In this document: positions 1 to 13,534 of the stretch, piece after piece
Position numbering within the stretch: the first letter of the stretch is position 1
Layout of the letters: the number at the start of each line of letters is the position of its first letter
NCBI GenBank assembly: GCA_028023455.1
Contig: JAQFVV010000001.1
Location: 12,090,001 to 12,154,000, forward strand
From: Epiperipatus broadwayi
Lineage: Eukaryota; Animalia; Onychophora
Direction: 5' to 3'
DNA: 64,000 nucleotides
Translations under genes and position numbers: made by a program
Notes under the pieces: model-generated
Told to the model about the DNA's origin: nothing
Seen by the model: only the letters and a program-made list of their open reading frames with translations
Databases searched by the model: none

Positions 1-2
1 CT

Positions 3-1400
3 TGTGTCTGTCCAAAATTTTATGGACTTCCAAAAATTCACAAACCAGATACCCCCCTTCGTCCAATAGTAAGTGCAATAGGTTCTCCAACTCATATTTT
101 AGCCAGATACTTATCGGATTTCATTAAACCTACAATCCCATCTATTAAATCATATATTAAAAACTCTCTTCATTTTATTTCTGTTTTAAAAAGTTTAAAA
201 ATTAATGCTAATGACATTCTGGTCAGTTTTGATGTCGTGTCTTTGTTTACAAACATTCCAATTGATGAAGCTTTAAATATAATCTCACAACGTTGCAATT
301 TACCAGACCATATTATTGCTTTAATTAAACATTGTCTCTTAAATACATATTTTGTATACAATGGACAGCATTACAGACAAGTTTTTGGTACTCCTATGGG
401 CTCACCTATCTCAGGAGTAATAGCTGATTTATTCATGGAATATATAGAAACTCGTGCTTTAGAATCATCATCTTTAAAACCTCTCATTTGGCTCAGATAC
501 ATAGATGACACTTTTGTCATATGGCAACATGGAAAAAATAAATTAGATAATTTTTTCTTACATTTAAATAATATGCATCCTCATATTAAATTTACAATGG
601 AGACAGAGTCTGATGGAAAACTCCCTTTTCTTGATGTTCTAGTCACCAGAACACCAAATAGTTTATCTTTTTCTATTTACAGAAAGGATACACACACAGA
701 CAGATATTTGCATTTCCATTCTCATCATCACCCAACTCAGATAGTTTCTGTAGCCAAAACTCTTTTAAATAGAGCAATTAACCTTTCAGATGAGACACAT
801 CTGAAAGAAGAAATAAATCATATTAATAGTGTTTTATTAGCAAATAGTTATAATTACAAATTTATAAAAAAAGCCTTATTTCAAGCCCAAAATAGAAAAA
901 ATAGGAAACAAAAAGATGATAAATCAGCTATTAGGATTTGTGTTCCATATGTAAAAGGAACTACAGACAGTATCGGACGTATATTAAAACGCTATAATAT
1001 AGATACAGCATTTTCTGCTCATCAAAAGATCAGCAATATAATAACCAAGCCTAAGGATTCAATCCCTCTTGAATCTCATGGTGTCTATCAAATCTCATGT
1101 AGAAATTGTAAAGCTTCTTACATAGGTATGAGTAATCGTCGCATCAGTGTTAGGAGAGATGAGCATGCTAATGCAGTTAAACAACACTCATCATCATCAG
1201 CACTCTCACTCCATACTATAGATTCAGGTCATAAAATTGATTTTTCTAGTACCAGGATCATATCCAGATGTGATAATCTCTACCAATGCAAAATTAGAGA
1301 AGCCATTGAGATACTTAAAAGGCCAGATTGTATCAATAAGCGAGATGATACATGTAAACTTCCTCCTATTTGGAAAGATTTTTTTAAAAAACATTCCTAA
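3..1400 (+). CDS. Penelope-like element polyprotein (RT + GIY-YIG endonuclease), 5' end runs off the window
   Basis: Frame is open from base 3 (CVCPKFYGLPKIHKPDTPLRPIV...SFDVVSLFTNIP). It continues through GTPMGSPIS, WLRYIDDTF (catalytic), HFHSHHHPTQ and GVYQISCRNCKASYIG (GIY-YIG) to the stop at 1398-1400, with no internal stop. Confidence 0.93.
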   Translation, partial: CVCPKFYGLPKIHKPDTPLRPIVSAIGSPTHILARYLSDFIKPTIPSIKSYIKNSLHFISVLKSLKINANDILVSFDVVSLFTNIPIDEALNIISQRCNLPDHIIALIKHCLLNTYFVYNGQHYRQVFGTPMGSPISGVIADLFMEYIETRALESSSLKPLIWLRYIDDTFVIWQHGKNKLDNFFLHLNNMHPHIKFTMETESDGKLPFLDVLVTRTPNSLSFSIYRKDTHTDRYLHFHSHHHPTQIVSVAKTLLNRAINLSDETHLKEEINHINSVLLANSYNYKFIKKALFQAQNRKNRKQKDDKSAIRICVPYVKGTTDSIGRILKRYNIDTAFSAHQKISNIITKPKDSIPLESHGVYQISCRNCKASYIGMSNRRISVRRDEHANAVKQHSSSSALSLHTIDSGHKIDFSSTRIISRCDNLYQCKIREAIEILKRPDCINKRDDTCKLPPIWKDFFKKHS

Positions 1401-1490
1401 ATTTAACATTTTTTGCTATTGGTGGAATTTTAACATTTTATTCAAATCAGTGATTGTAGCGCCTCTACAACCGTCTTTCTACCTTTTATA

Positions 1491-1530
1491 ACTCTGTGGA
1501 TGGCTTGTGTGACCAAGTCAAAACGTCAGT
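1491..1530 (+). ncRNA. Degenerate minimal type I hammerhead ribozyme in the PLE 3' trailer
   Basis: ACU CUGUGGA U GGCUUG-UGUGAC-CAAGUC AAAA CG UC AGU. Stem I ACU/AGU, 6-bp stem II, ACGU palindrome at helix III. Two core substitutions: CUGANGA>CUGUGGA and GAAA>AAAA. Confidence 0.6.
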
Positions 1531-1738
1531 ATATTAATATTAAAAGTTTTTAACACGGATGAACCCGCAAAATATGTATTTTATATATATTGTAATGGTA
1601 TACATATATACATCACTTTCAAACAAAAGTGGAAAAGATATATAAATAAAATTGCCCTCAAATAGAAATATAAAAATTAATAAAAATCAATATATATAAT
1701 GTCCACACATGGTAAACTAACTGATTAATTATTATTTC

Positions 1739-1823
1739 TTTTTTAGTGTCATAGCATTGGCCGGGATACGAACCCGCAACCCGGGCAACTGCCTGCAAGT
1801 GCAAGGCACCACCAAAGCAAGAC
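1739..1823 (-). mobile_element. tRNA-derived SINE, internally deleted copy
   Basis: Homologous to 30273-30367; B-box-like GGTTCGTATCCC and an A-tail (poly-T on +). Confidence 0.65.
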
Positions 1824-2253
1824 AACTGAATAATTATTTAAAGGTTAAAATCTAAAAACAAAAAATTTGATTTTAATGTAAAAGAAAATAATATTTTCAG
1901 TTTAACGTTATTTTTAACCTTAATAGAATGGAAATGATTTTCTATAATGACGTAATAGTAAACAGACCCTTGGGCATTTAACCGATTGTAAGTCAGATAA
2001 GAGATCTATTAAAAAATACCAATGATAAAATTTTGAATTCCTGCTCTAATGCAAGCTGGCCAATAATGATGCAAATGAATACCAAGTCAGGCAAGATCGA
2101 TCCTGGAATTTGACAAGAATTCAAAATGATATAAAAAGAAAACTTTTAAGTTTTTTTTGGATGGCTTTTGCTGATTACATCTTTATTAAAAATATTTCAT
2201 ATGTGTATTGCTGATCTCCAAAATGTAGAAGTCATGCAATCAATTATATTTAC

Positions 2254-2327
2254 CATATTTGCAACAAATGAGGCAGCCTCCAGAATAATAGTTCCTGGAA
2301 AATGGCCAGCAACGGATTCATCTCCAC
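2254..2327 (-). CDS. Candidate internal exon of an unidentified host gene
   Basis: Pyrimidine-rich acceptor ...ttttaatattgtcctag, donor ATG|gtaaat, GC-richer than the flanks. Reads (G)GDESVAGHFPGTIILEAASFVANM; a second frame is also open. Protein not recognised. Confidence 0.35.
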
Positions 2328-2937
2328 CTAGGACAATATTAAAATGGGATGGAAGAAATTGTGAAATGAATTATGTGATGTATCAATGACTACAAAGATG
2401 GACTTCAATAAACCTATATCCATGAAAAGTATGAACTTTTGTTTTAAATAAAATATGAACTTTAATTAATTAATACAAACTTTTTAAGTATTAATTTTAA
2501 GCATCACTTAACTTTTAAAAGAAATCTCTTATCTGTTAAGTAAAATTTAAATTACTTATTATATATATTTTTATATGTTTGCTACTATTTAAATTCTCAT
2601 AATTTTCATTTAAAGTAATAAATTTAAAATAAGCTTAAATGACTGCATATATTCGTAAGATTGTTAATTTTGGATTAATTGTTTAGTAGTTGAATCGGTG
2701 CTGTTGGAGAAATGTACTGTTTTATGTCAATGTAATCTGGGGAGGTGCATTGGATTCTTGTTCCCTTGTGTTGCATTAGCATACAGGGTGTAGTATCCAC
2801 TTGAATGCATGGCCCAAAATAGTAGCCATTATGTTGCCAATGGTTGTAGATGTATTTTCTATGCCATTGATTTTCTTAGGTTCTAGTAGGGACAGTAAAC
2901 TGGCAAAGATCTCTATCCTCATTTATAGAGCATCTTT

Positions 2938-2958
2938 ATATATATATATATATATATA

Positions 2959-3013
<55 letters not shown>
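2938..3013. repeat. (TA)n microsatellite, one interruption
   Basis: Read directly from the sequence. Confidence 0.97.
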
Positions 3014-3015
<2 letters not shown>

Positions 3016-3879
3016 AATGATTTTATTCCCCAGCAGACACACATTCCTGCTTTAGAGAAATATAATAGTTGGGTCCTTTTTGATTATGATCCATGCAAAT
3101 GCAGGAATATTCCTTTCTATTTCAGACCCAGTGGACCTTCATTTTGGTCCTCATCAATTGAGCAGTGGATCATTCCTGCCTATTGATGAAATTTAATAAT
3201 GATCATGTGGAAGGTGCTCATTCCTTCCCACAATGGTCTGTTATTTTTCTAATGATATCTTGGGATAAATGTAAATTCCTGTCAGCATGATTATGTTATG
3301 CTAACATTCTCATTTTGCATCGATCACATCGGGATATCAATAAGCTAACCTTGGATTGATGTGAACTTTTTTTTAATCAGTTAGCCTAGAGTTAAGTGTA
3401 TTTACACTTAGCAAAATATTTAAAATTGGGTTAAATCTATTGAATGTACTCATCTGTGCATATAATGTAAATTAAATTTATTTTGTTGCTAATTTAATTT
3501 CCAGAAGTTTGTTTTAATGTGTGTGTGCATAATAAAAAAAATGTTTTGTCGAATGAATTTTGGCAGCAACTTATTTTATATATTTTATTAATAATATTTT
3601 AAAATAAAGAATTAGAAATTTTAAATATACAGCATGATATTTTAAGTTCAGCTTCTCCATAAGCTTGTGACTGGGGCTTTCAGTTGAACCTCACCCATAT
3701 GTATCTGCTGCCTTTATAAATTTTCTAGGTTCGAATAGCTTAGTGGTGTCTTGGCATGGCAATAGGTTTGTGAGGTTTTGACAAATGTTATAATATATAT
3801 AATCAATATATATATATATTGATTATATGTATATATATATATATAATCAATAAAGCAAGTCATATATTGCACAATTTGT

Positions 3880-4130
3880 TTTAAGCTTGTATTACAGATA
3901 TGTAATGTAGGGAGCATACCAACAGTTCTAAAAAGCTCTTATTGATAAGTGCAGCAAGAGAAAGCATTTAAAATCTCTATCTAGAATTATCCCAATTCTC
4001 AGATGGATCGGTTTTGAGCTTTTGGCTCACCTCAGTGAGGAGCTAGGACATTCAGTTATTAGATCTAAAATATCAACTCAAAAACCAGTACTTATCCAAT
4101 ATGTAACTATTAAGTAGAAAATGACAAATT
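3880..4130 (-). repeat. Family B hammerhead repeat, old diverged copy
   Basis: Shares aaagcatttaaaat, agatctaaaa and ctattaagtagaaaat motifs with 13010-13740. Contains an HHR relic at 3997-4040. Boundaries approximate. Confidence 0.6.
3997..4040 (-). ncRNA. Hammerhead relic (family B)
   Basis: CCUCA CUGAGGU GAGC-CAAAA-GCUC AAAA CCGAUCCA UC UGAGA. Stems I and II retained with compensatory changes; core mutated. Confidence 0.5.
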
Positions 4131-4132
4131 AT

Positions 4133-4650
4133 CATCATCATCAACCATTATCAATTGATGCAGGATGAAGTTTTCCTAGTTCAATCCATCTTTCTCTGAT
4201 CTTTAGTTTCTCTTCTCCACATCACCTCTGCACATTTTCTTATTTCATTCATGCATCTCACATGTGGTCTATTTCTGGATCTTTTACAATCTCTTGGAAT
4301 CCAGTTTAAGATTTCAATTGTTCATCTATTATCATGTCTTCTAGCAATATGTCCAGCCCAAACCCACTTCAGTCTTTTAATTTTTTCACTGAGGTCAGTA
4401 ACACCTGTTTGTTCTCTTACCCATATATTGTGTTTTCAATCTCTTCTTGTTACTCCCAGCATGCATCTCTCCATACTTCTTTGAGTGCTCTGAAGTCTCT
4501 GTATTACTCTTCTATTAAATGCCCAAGTGTCAGATCCATAAGTAAGGACTGATAAAACACATTTATTAAAAAACTTCTTTTTCAAACACATAGGCATATT
4601 TCTTTTTAGTATCAAGTTATTTTTTCCAAAAACACTCCAACCAACTGATA
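4133..4650 (-). mobile_element. RTE-clade LINE 3' fragment
   Basis: Reverse complement aligns with 10910-11430, including the (GAT)n tail (catcatcatc on +). Confidence 0.9.
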
Positions 4651-7600
4651 CTTTGGCTCTTTATAAAAACATTAAATATACTAAAGATAATCATTTCATG
4701 AACCCTACTGCCAATTGACACTATTTGACTGTATCAATTTTCAAATATTCATTAAATAAATCCTTGATTTACTTTGTAAATAGCCTAATCTTAACTGCAC
4801 TTCATTGTTACTATGAACTTTCTCACTTTAATGACTCCATTAAAATCACCATAGAGTATTATATAGAGCTCTGTATTATCTTTATGCATATTTTTCTAAA
4901 ACAATTTCAAACAAAAGATAAAATGTGTTGCGTCAACACCATCAATATTTTGAACCTGCTATACAATTTTTTTAAAGTAATATAAAGTATATATTACATA
5001 TATAGACACAGGTATATAATAAGCATGTGTGTTTCAGTTATTTAAAGTATTATACTAATTTTTCTATACAACATACTACTTTAAACAAAATTCATATCAA
5101 TCTCTATACATTTATAATCTAACAGCAAAAAAGACAACAATTTAATGCAATTTACAAAACTATCTTGGCCTTTTATATTCCATATTGTCATGTAGTAATA
5201 ACAGTATCACAGTTATTACTGCATATAAATTACAGTAGACCTCCTCTTAAAAATCACACCCAGCAGTTTATGGTAGTATCACAGTTCAAACTGTAAACTT
5301 TTACTTTTTTTGCTGGTGGAATATATTGTGCTGTTATATACCTATTGCTTATTAGTAATCTTCAAAGCATCATATATAACAGGTTCACTACTTCTAAATA
5401 ACTTCTTATTCACATTTCTATTGCACTCCAAAAAATATATGAATTAATCTCATCAAATATATATTATCTTCTTGATTATAAAATATATATATATATATGT
5501 ATTTCCTTAATTACCATAAATATCAATCTTTTGACCAAGTCAATAAATGCTGTTATGCAGTTGATATATCATAATTCATGTAATGGATCCATGTTTTTTT
5601 TTTATCAGATGAGAAGAACGTTAATTTTTTTTTTAAACACAAATTAAACATTATTTCAATTTCATCTTTCTAACTTTAATAACAAAACGATTAAGGCTGC
5701 TCCTTTTTAAAAATAAATTTTTATGCTATGACTAATACCAATTTATGTTCTAAGCAATAACATTATTTACATCTCTAATTTGTAGGAACTTTTTAGTTTT
5801 TGAAACCTTTTATAAAATACATACTTTATTAGTAAATAAACAAGCTGTCATTCTTGGACACCAAATTATTAAATTATATTCAGAATATAAATCTTAAATC
5901 ATTAGAATTCATTTCTGTATCACCAAATATCTTGTACATGGAAATGAACCCGATAAGATCTATTCTATTAGCAAAATTCAACTTCCAGCTAACATACAAG
6001 ATTAATAATATATATTTAATGAAAAGATTACTTATGTTCTTTTGCAGTATTATATATTTTATTGTTGTAACCATAGTATTATTAATTCACTCCTAGGATA
6101 TAAATCTGAATGTTGTAAGGTTTTAATTATTTTATAATTGCAGCTTTCAAATTTAAAATGCTAGAGTAAATTATAGTAATGATAATGACATGTAATGGGA
6201 AATTATCACTAATGGTAATTAATTATCATTTAGTCATAGTATACAAATAAAAAAGGGAATTACTAAAAAAAAAAGGGTGGAATTATGGTTTTAATAAATT
6301 AATGGCAGAGATAAATAAGTTGTTTTTTTAAAAAAGGGTTATACTTTTATTGAGCTGCATTGCTGTTTTATTACAATTAAATGATATAAATTTTGTAGAA
6401 TTTCTCTATAGAAAAGGCACAAGCATACGGTATTCAGTTTCTTTATGCAATAATATAATGTTGTTTTTTTATCTCGATTTTAACTTTTATTGATATGCGA
6501 ACAATTATTTTGTTATCAATAGACTGCGAATTTATTCTCCATAAAATTTTAAAAACATTCATATACAAATATAAATTTTTGATATAAGTCTATTGAATCA
6601 TAATTATATATAATAGACAAACTTTTAACTAAGGATAAAAAAAAAGTTACATTTAGAAAAGTTTTCTTTTGCATTTGTAGATCTATTTTTCCAGGCAAAA
6701 TTTGTCATGATTTTATTAAACGATCTGCACATCCCAAAACAACTAGATTCAAAAAGAAAGTGCTTATCTGGAATAGGAAATCGAAATTTGGCTATTCAGT
6801 CTTTCTGAATAACTATGTTATTTATTAATCATTAAACCACATTCAGTTTTTTTTTAAGTAATATAGTCTTTCTTTACGTATTCATGAAAAAAAAAAGCAG
6901 AGAGTTAAAAAATAAGCACATATCAATCAAGTAGATTTTGAACACCATAGACAGAGCATAACAGTTCCATTTAATCTGCTTAAATTTTTATTTTATCAGA
7001 TGAGAATAGATAACTCTTAAATATGCCATTAACACCACTATTTATAATGTATATAGAAAAAAAGTGACCTACATCACTCAAGACTAACAGACAGTCACTC
7101 AAGTATTAACATAGCTTAGATTGGTGACAAGACAAGAAATGATGCATTATATTGTCTATAATATGTCCATAAAGCATCATCAAGAAAGGGATGTTCTTTA
7201 CATACTCTAATAAGGTATTTATGAAAGTGTAAGATAAGACATCTAGGTAAGAACTATTTCAAAATTATATTCTTATAATTTGAGCATCAATCTCCTTTAT
7301 AACTGTAATAAATTTGTGATCAAATTCAATATTTAATCCTATAACTACAAATAAATAAGTATTCATGCTTAAATGTGCTGCACTTTCAAGACAAAACCAT
7401 TCATCATGAAAGAAACTGTAGGACATATTTAAACACCTTTTAACATAATATGCCTAATATCATACAACTTCCCAAACAACAAACCATTTAATTCATTTTA
7501 GATTTTGTTGTTTAATTGTGTCTCAGATTTCTATTATGCTAAATATTTCTTTCTTGGAAATATTATAACTCATTTCAGTATTCTTCAATATTCTATTCTA

Positions 7601-8221
7601 AATTTTTTTATCAAAGTGAATTTTTGTTAAAGATGTTGATAATAAAATATCTAAAAAAAAAAAACATATGCAATTCAAAATGGCTTAAATATATTTGAAT
7701 GTTCAACATAAAACAATAAATATATGTTTAATTTGTTAGAGGCTTTATCACTTTCATGAAAACTATCCATTTTTTATTAAATTATATAGAGATCCACTAA
7801 CTACCAATATCAGATGTGAAATTACAATAACAATTGTCAAATCACAGAAGGATAACACATCATTAACTTTACCTAAATTTTCAAACTATTTAATAAAATT
7901 AATATTTTCAAATATATATTTGAATAATTCTTCTGCAATATGTGTACCAAAATTTCACTTTTTGCTGAATTAGTTGACCTCAATTTTTTGGGGGTTGCTA
8001 AGATATGTGCTTTGAATGTATCAATATACTACAATGCATACTTATTAATAAGAGATCCAATATGCTTTCCTTTGCTTGGTAGAAATAGAATGAGTATTTG
8101 TAGTACCTTGGAGCACCCAAAAGCTTTATTTCTTAAATTGAAGACTGAAATATCCAATATTTGTGACATTTGGTATCCATTAAAATTTGATAATAGCCAG
8201 AATTTACATTTAATATATTAA

Positions 8222-8290
8222 GGCTTTGTGGCATAGTGGTATTACAACTGTCAAACATGTTCATTGCTAGGACTCATATCCTGGCCAAAT
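8222..8290 (+). mobile_element. Degenerate tRNA-derived SINE head
   Basis: A-box-like TGGCATAGTGGT and degenerate B-box GGACTCATATCC followed by TGGCCA; no cloverleaf. Confidence 0.35.
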
Positions 8291-8977
8291 AAAGCTTATA
8301 AATTGTTTCATGCTCCAACCAGGCTTAAAATTTTCCTTCTAATAGCTAGTCTACAGTTATTCTAACTAACAATTCAATATTGATCAGTAAATATATATCT
8401 AATGATTTTTAGTTAGAAAGTGAAACAAAGGCATAAACTGATTAAATTATCATTACCTTGAAATTGGTATAAGTTCAACATCACAGTGTGTTATTTAATC
8501 ACTGTGTTGTCTACTTTTTTTATATCCAATTAACACGTCTTTCTAGGCTTTCCATAATATTTTCTCTATTTTGTAACTGAATAATCAATCGACTTTGTTT
8601 CTGTTATCTTTTGGGATCTAATAATACTTTTATATTTCTATCTTTTTAAACTCAACAAGTAGAATTGGTGAAAGCTACTAAATGAAATTGTTAATTTAGG
8701 ATTTAAAATAACAAATCCTTACTGTATTTTCTGTTGATAATATTTGTTTGGGATTTATTTATATTCTTGCTTTTAGTAAAATATGACAATAAGCAACAAA
8801 TTTTATTAACTCTCTATTTTAGATTTATAAATAATTAACTTTTCTCTATCAAGTGTTTTTTTATCACACTGTCATATCCTAATGTAATATCATATCCTAC
8901 TTCTCTTTCTAATTTTACCAATTGTTTTAGTTTCGAAGAATACTTTATGTTGTATAATTTAAAATAACTTTCACTTG

Positions 8978-8980
<3 letters not shown>

Positions 8981-9023
<43 letters not shown>
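8981..9023. repeat. (TA)n microsatellite at the 5' junction of an RTE copy
   Basis: Read directly from the sequence. It creates the spurious YI-repeat N-terminus of ORF 8975..10033. Confidence 0.97.
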
Positions 9024-9026
<3 letters not shown>

Positions 9027-11430
9027 GAGACTTTAATGCTAGAATTGGTAGACAAATGAAAGATGAAATTGCTGTAGGTAATGGTAATAGAAATGAGAGA
9101 GGACATAGACTTGTGGAGTTTGCAGAAAAAGAAAAACTTTATATTATGAATTTATTTTTTGAGAAAAATGTTAAAAGGAAATGGACATGGAAGCATCCAA
9201 ATGAAGGTACAGCAGAATTGGATTATATTTTGACTAACAGAAAATACATATTTCAAGATTGTAATGTTCTTAATAAATTTAACACAGGAAGTGATCATCG
9301 ATTAGTAAGGTGTAAGTTACATGTTAATGTAAAACTAGAAAGACAAAAATTATTAAGAAAAACAATATTTACAGTTGATATTCCTAATCTTCAGAAACAT
9401 TCTAATGAATTTAAATTAGAACTTACAAATAGGTTTCAAATGTTAGGAGGTTTTGAACATGATACAGATTTGAATGAAATTAATATGAAAATAACTGATA
9501 CACTTTTAAAAACTGCAACAAACATAGCTGGTAGAAAAAAGCAGCAATTGACTAATAAAATTTCTACTGAGACTAGAGAATTTATGAAGAAAAGAAGGAA
9601 TATGAAGATATACAAAAATGATGTATTAAAAAGAATTGAATATCTCGAATTTTGTAAAATGGTATGGAAAAGAGTTGAAAATGATATAAGAAAGTATAAC
9701 TGTGAAATAGCAAGGAAAGCTGTAGAAGAAAATAAAAGTCTCAAAAACGTTAAACAACATTTTGGTATTGGTAGGAAATTTATATCTGCAATAAGAAAAA
9801 AAGATGGAATTATTACTAAAAAGAGAGATGACATCATGAAATTGGTAGAAGATTTTTATCAAGAATTATATAGTAATAAAGAACAAGTACCTCCTATATC
9901 TATTACATCTTCCGAATTGCCCAGAATTTTAAATGAAGAAGTGAGACATGCAATTAAGTGTATGAAGAAAGGAAAGGCTCCAGGAAATGATGGAATTATA
10001 ATTGATATATTAAAAGAAGCAGCAGGTGAATAGAAACAATTTTAGCAAAGTTATAAACCAAATGTCTAAATGATAAAGATGTACCGAAAGATTGGAAGAA
10101 TGCAGTAATAATATTAATATTTAAAAAAAGTGATAAAGAAGACATTAGAAATTACAGACCTATCAGCCTTTTATCAGTTTTATATAAAATTTTTACCAAA
10201 ATAATTACAACTCGTCTACAGAGAACTTTGGATTTCCACCAACCAAGAGAACAAGCTGGATTTAAAAGTGGTTTTAGTACAATAGATCATATCCAGGTAT
10301 TGAGAGAAGTCATAGAAAGGACAAATGAATATGAGTTGTCATTATGTTTTGGATTTGTAGATTATGAAAAGGCATTCGATTCTATACACATTTCTTCAGT
10401 GATTAAAGCATTGGATCATCAAGGTATAGATCCAGGATATTGTCATATTTTAAAAAATATTTATAAAAATGCAACAGCAACAATTAGATTACATAATGAT
10501 ACTGGAAAAATCAACATTGAGAAAGGTGTAAGACAAGATGACTCCATATCTCCAAAACTCTTTACAGCAGTGCTGCAAGAAGTATTTTGTGGATTAAAAT
10601 GGGAAACTAAAGGAGTGAAAGTAAATGGAGAGTATTTAAGTCATTTAGATTTCACAGATGATGTAGTTGTTTTTGCAAATAATGCTACAGAGCTGCAGGA
10701 AATGTTGCAGGAGTTAGCAGATGAAAGTAGAAAAGTAGGACTAAAGATAAATGTTAAACAGACTAAAGTAATGTTTAATCGATTTGCTCAAAATATGAAA
10801 ATAAAGATTGATTATGAAGAATTAGAAGAAGTTAACAGTTACAAATACCTTGGTCAGATTATTAATACAGATGGAAACATAATGGAGGAAATTAATCATA
10901 GAATTAAACTTGGTTGGAGTGCTTTTGGTAGAAATAACTTGATACTAAAAGGAAATATGCCTATGTGTTTGAAAAGGATGGTTTTTAACAAATGTGTTTT
11001 ACCAGTTCTTACTTATGGATCTGAGACTTGGACACTTAATAGAAGAGCAATACAGAGACTTCAGACCACTCAAAGGAGTATGGAGAGATGTATGTTGGGA
11101 GTAACAAGAAGAGATCGAAAACGCAATGTATGGGTAAGACAACAAACAGGTGTTACTGACCTTATTGAAAAAATTAAAAGAGTGAAATGGAGTTGGGCTG
11201 GACATAGTGCTAGAAGAGATGATAATAGATGTACAATTGAAATTTTAAACTGGATTCCAAGAGATTGTAAAAGACCCAGAAAGAGACCACATGTGAGATG
11301 GATGGATGAAATAAGAAAATGTGCAGGGGTGTTGTGGAGAAGAGAAGCTAAAGATCGGAGAAGATGGATTAAACTTGGAGAGACCTTCATCCTGCAGTGG
11401 ATTGATAATGGTTGATGATGATGATGATAT
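9023..11430 (+). mobile_element. RTE-clade LINE, 5'-truncated, disrupted ORF (APE endonuclease C-terminal half + RT)
   Basis: MGDFNARIG, LDYILT, GSDHRLV (endonuclease); YRPISLLS, VDYEKAFDS, GVRQDDSISP, HLDFTDD (RT). Frameshift near 10030 relative to the 46.6-kb copy; ends in GTT(GAT)5. Confidence 0.93.
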
Positions 11431-13115
11431 ATATATATTAAAGCAGTTAACTCAAAAGCGACAATTTATTAAGGAGAGTAATAATAAAAGAAAACAAAAT
11501 AGGTATTAAGTTATTAAAGTAGTTTTTTATTAAGATAATTCATAAAACTTTTTTATAGATATATTAAATAATAGTTGTTAAAATAATAAAATACAACTTT
11601 TATTTTAACTACATATAGAAAATGTGGTCAAAAGTAGCGGGGAAATGTACGTTTTTTTGCAGATAAATGTAAACATATACACACACAAATCAACATATTT
11701 ATTTGTTTTATTAAAAAAAAAAAATTAGTAGAATTAGTGATTAATATTGATAATGTAAAAAATATAAAAAGCATTTCATTATTTTAATTAATTAAAAATA
11801 ATATATAACATTTATTTTATTTTTATTTGCAATAATCAGTTTTATTGATTAGAATACTATGTTGGAACACTGATAGAAAATTCTAGATTTTAATAAAATG
11901 TTATGTGAAGATAAAATAGAATAATGTAGACTTCTGTAGTAAAAAGTAGCAGAAAAGTTTTGTTCCCAGAACTGATAATAAAATAAATATATTTTTTTAT
12001 TGGAAATTTATGAACAAAATGAATTTCTAAACAAAAAGAGAAAAAGGGATAATTGATTTGCTTACTTCATAATTGATTTGCTAGTTATTTTATTGGGAAA
12101 GTAAGTAATAATTATTACAATAAAAAATGTCATTAGAAGCATCACTATTAAATTCCAAAGGGTCTGAAGAAAGAAGACATCATATTTTAGAAAAATGAAC
12201 TAGACAATTCTTAATAGTATACTTTATAAAAAAAAATAAATTGATGCAAATGGTAATTTTATTTTATCTTTTTCAAAATATTATTAATGGAAAGGTTAAA
12301 TTTATTATACTTCTAAGAATTGTATTTGACAATAGTATTTCATATTTTTTAAAATAATTATTATTACTACTTTTTAAAAATTTTTATTTCTAAGAATAAC
12401 ATTTTATACCCAAAGATTTGTTAATGTTCAGTCTTTAAAATAAATAATCAAGTGTAAGCATACACACTGAGTGGCTTGTATATTATTTATGGTCTTTAAA
12501 ATAAGCATAACTAAACATCAGAATAAAAGTATTAATTGTTGAAATATATATTTTAATGTCTAGCAATTGGCATAGATATATTGAATTGAAGTAATAGAAT
12601 AACAATAATACTCCTTTAGTAAAATGAACTTTATTTTATAAAACCGAGTATATATATTTTTTATACATTAGTAAAGAGATATTTTCTTGTCATAACATTA
12701 TAATTTATTTATTTTCTTGATTAAGGTACATTTAAGATTAAATTACATTTTATGTTTCAGGACAAAACTTCAGTATTTTAAATGTAAATTAAACAGGCAT
12801 ATTGTTGTATATGCTATATAAGCTTAGAGAAACAGATATTTTACTTATGATGATTTGGAATGCACTGCTTATAGTAATACCATGGACAAATACAGTATTT
12901 ATTTAATATGTCAAGTAGAAGATAAATATAAAGAAAATATTTTAAACAACAACTAAGTGTAAAATATATGTACAGTATTTTGGATGATATAAAGATATTT
13001 ACCAATTTAAAGATATAAACAATTTGCATTGCCAATTGCTCAAAAAGCTTTGTGATAAATGCTTAGCCAGAGAAAGCATTTAAAATATCTCTGTCAGGAA
13101 CACCCCCCCTGCAAA

Positions 13116-13156
13116 CCTCTGACTATAGTTTCATGCTTTGGAATTCCTCAGAGAGG
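13116..13156 (-). ncRNA. Hammerhead ribozyme (family B), stem II damaged
   Basis: CCUCU CUGAGGA AUUC-CAAA-GCAU GAAA CUAUAG UC AGAGG. Core intact, perfect stem I, palindrome ACUAUAGU. Confidence 0.7.
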
Positions 13157-13534
13157 CACTAGGGTAGGTTCAGACACTAAATGTAAAAATACCAACCCAA
13201 AGCCAGCATTTATCTGAAAGTTATCTATTGAGTGGAAAATCTGAAAATTTTCAGACATCTACATGTCTTCAAACCCAGATATTCAACTCAAATGGCTACA
13301 TAGGGCTGAGAGATCTTCAGCCATACCATATATTAGTAGTCTTAGCAATATAAAATTGCATAAGACTTAAGGCAGAGACTATAAATAATCAAAATAAGAG
13401 TCAGATCACATAACTCAATTCTCTTAAGCTTGTAAGATATAAACAATGAGCATTGCCAATTGCTCAACAAGCTTTGTGATAAATGCTTAGCCAGAAAAAG
13501 TATTTAAAATATCTGTCAGGAACCCCTTCCCCAA

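Larger units (their letters stand above)
1..1585 (+). mobile_element. Penelope-like retroelement, 3' portion
   Basis: RT-GIY-YIG ORF plus about 185 bp of 3' trailer containing a hammerhead-like motif. The right boundary is approximate, placed where AT-rich flank resumes. Confidence 0.85.

Noticed and set aside
2690-2930. env-like hydrophobic segment on the minus strand
   Set aside because: Short, interrupted, and no adjacent LTR or pol evidence.
2801-3055. ORFs containing YI/IY runs (also 3714-3917 and the start of 8975-10033)
   Set aside because: Artefacts of (TA)n microsatellites.
3121-3162. Hammerhead-like motif (minus): UUGAUGA GGACC-loop-GGUCC A CUGG GUC UGA
   Set aside because: The 5-bp stem is real, but GAAA is missing, C3 is mutated, stem I is poor and there is no second copy. 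It could be a very old relic but is unsupported.
9436-11390. Antisense and alternate-frame ORFs over RTE, Gypsy and PLE coding regions (e.g. 9436-9837, 11070-11390, 25896-26330, 27653-28240)
   Set aside because: Shadow frames of TE genes with no independent support.
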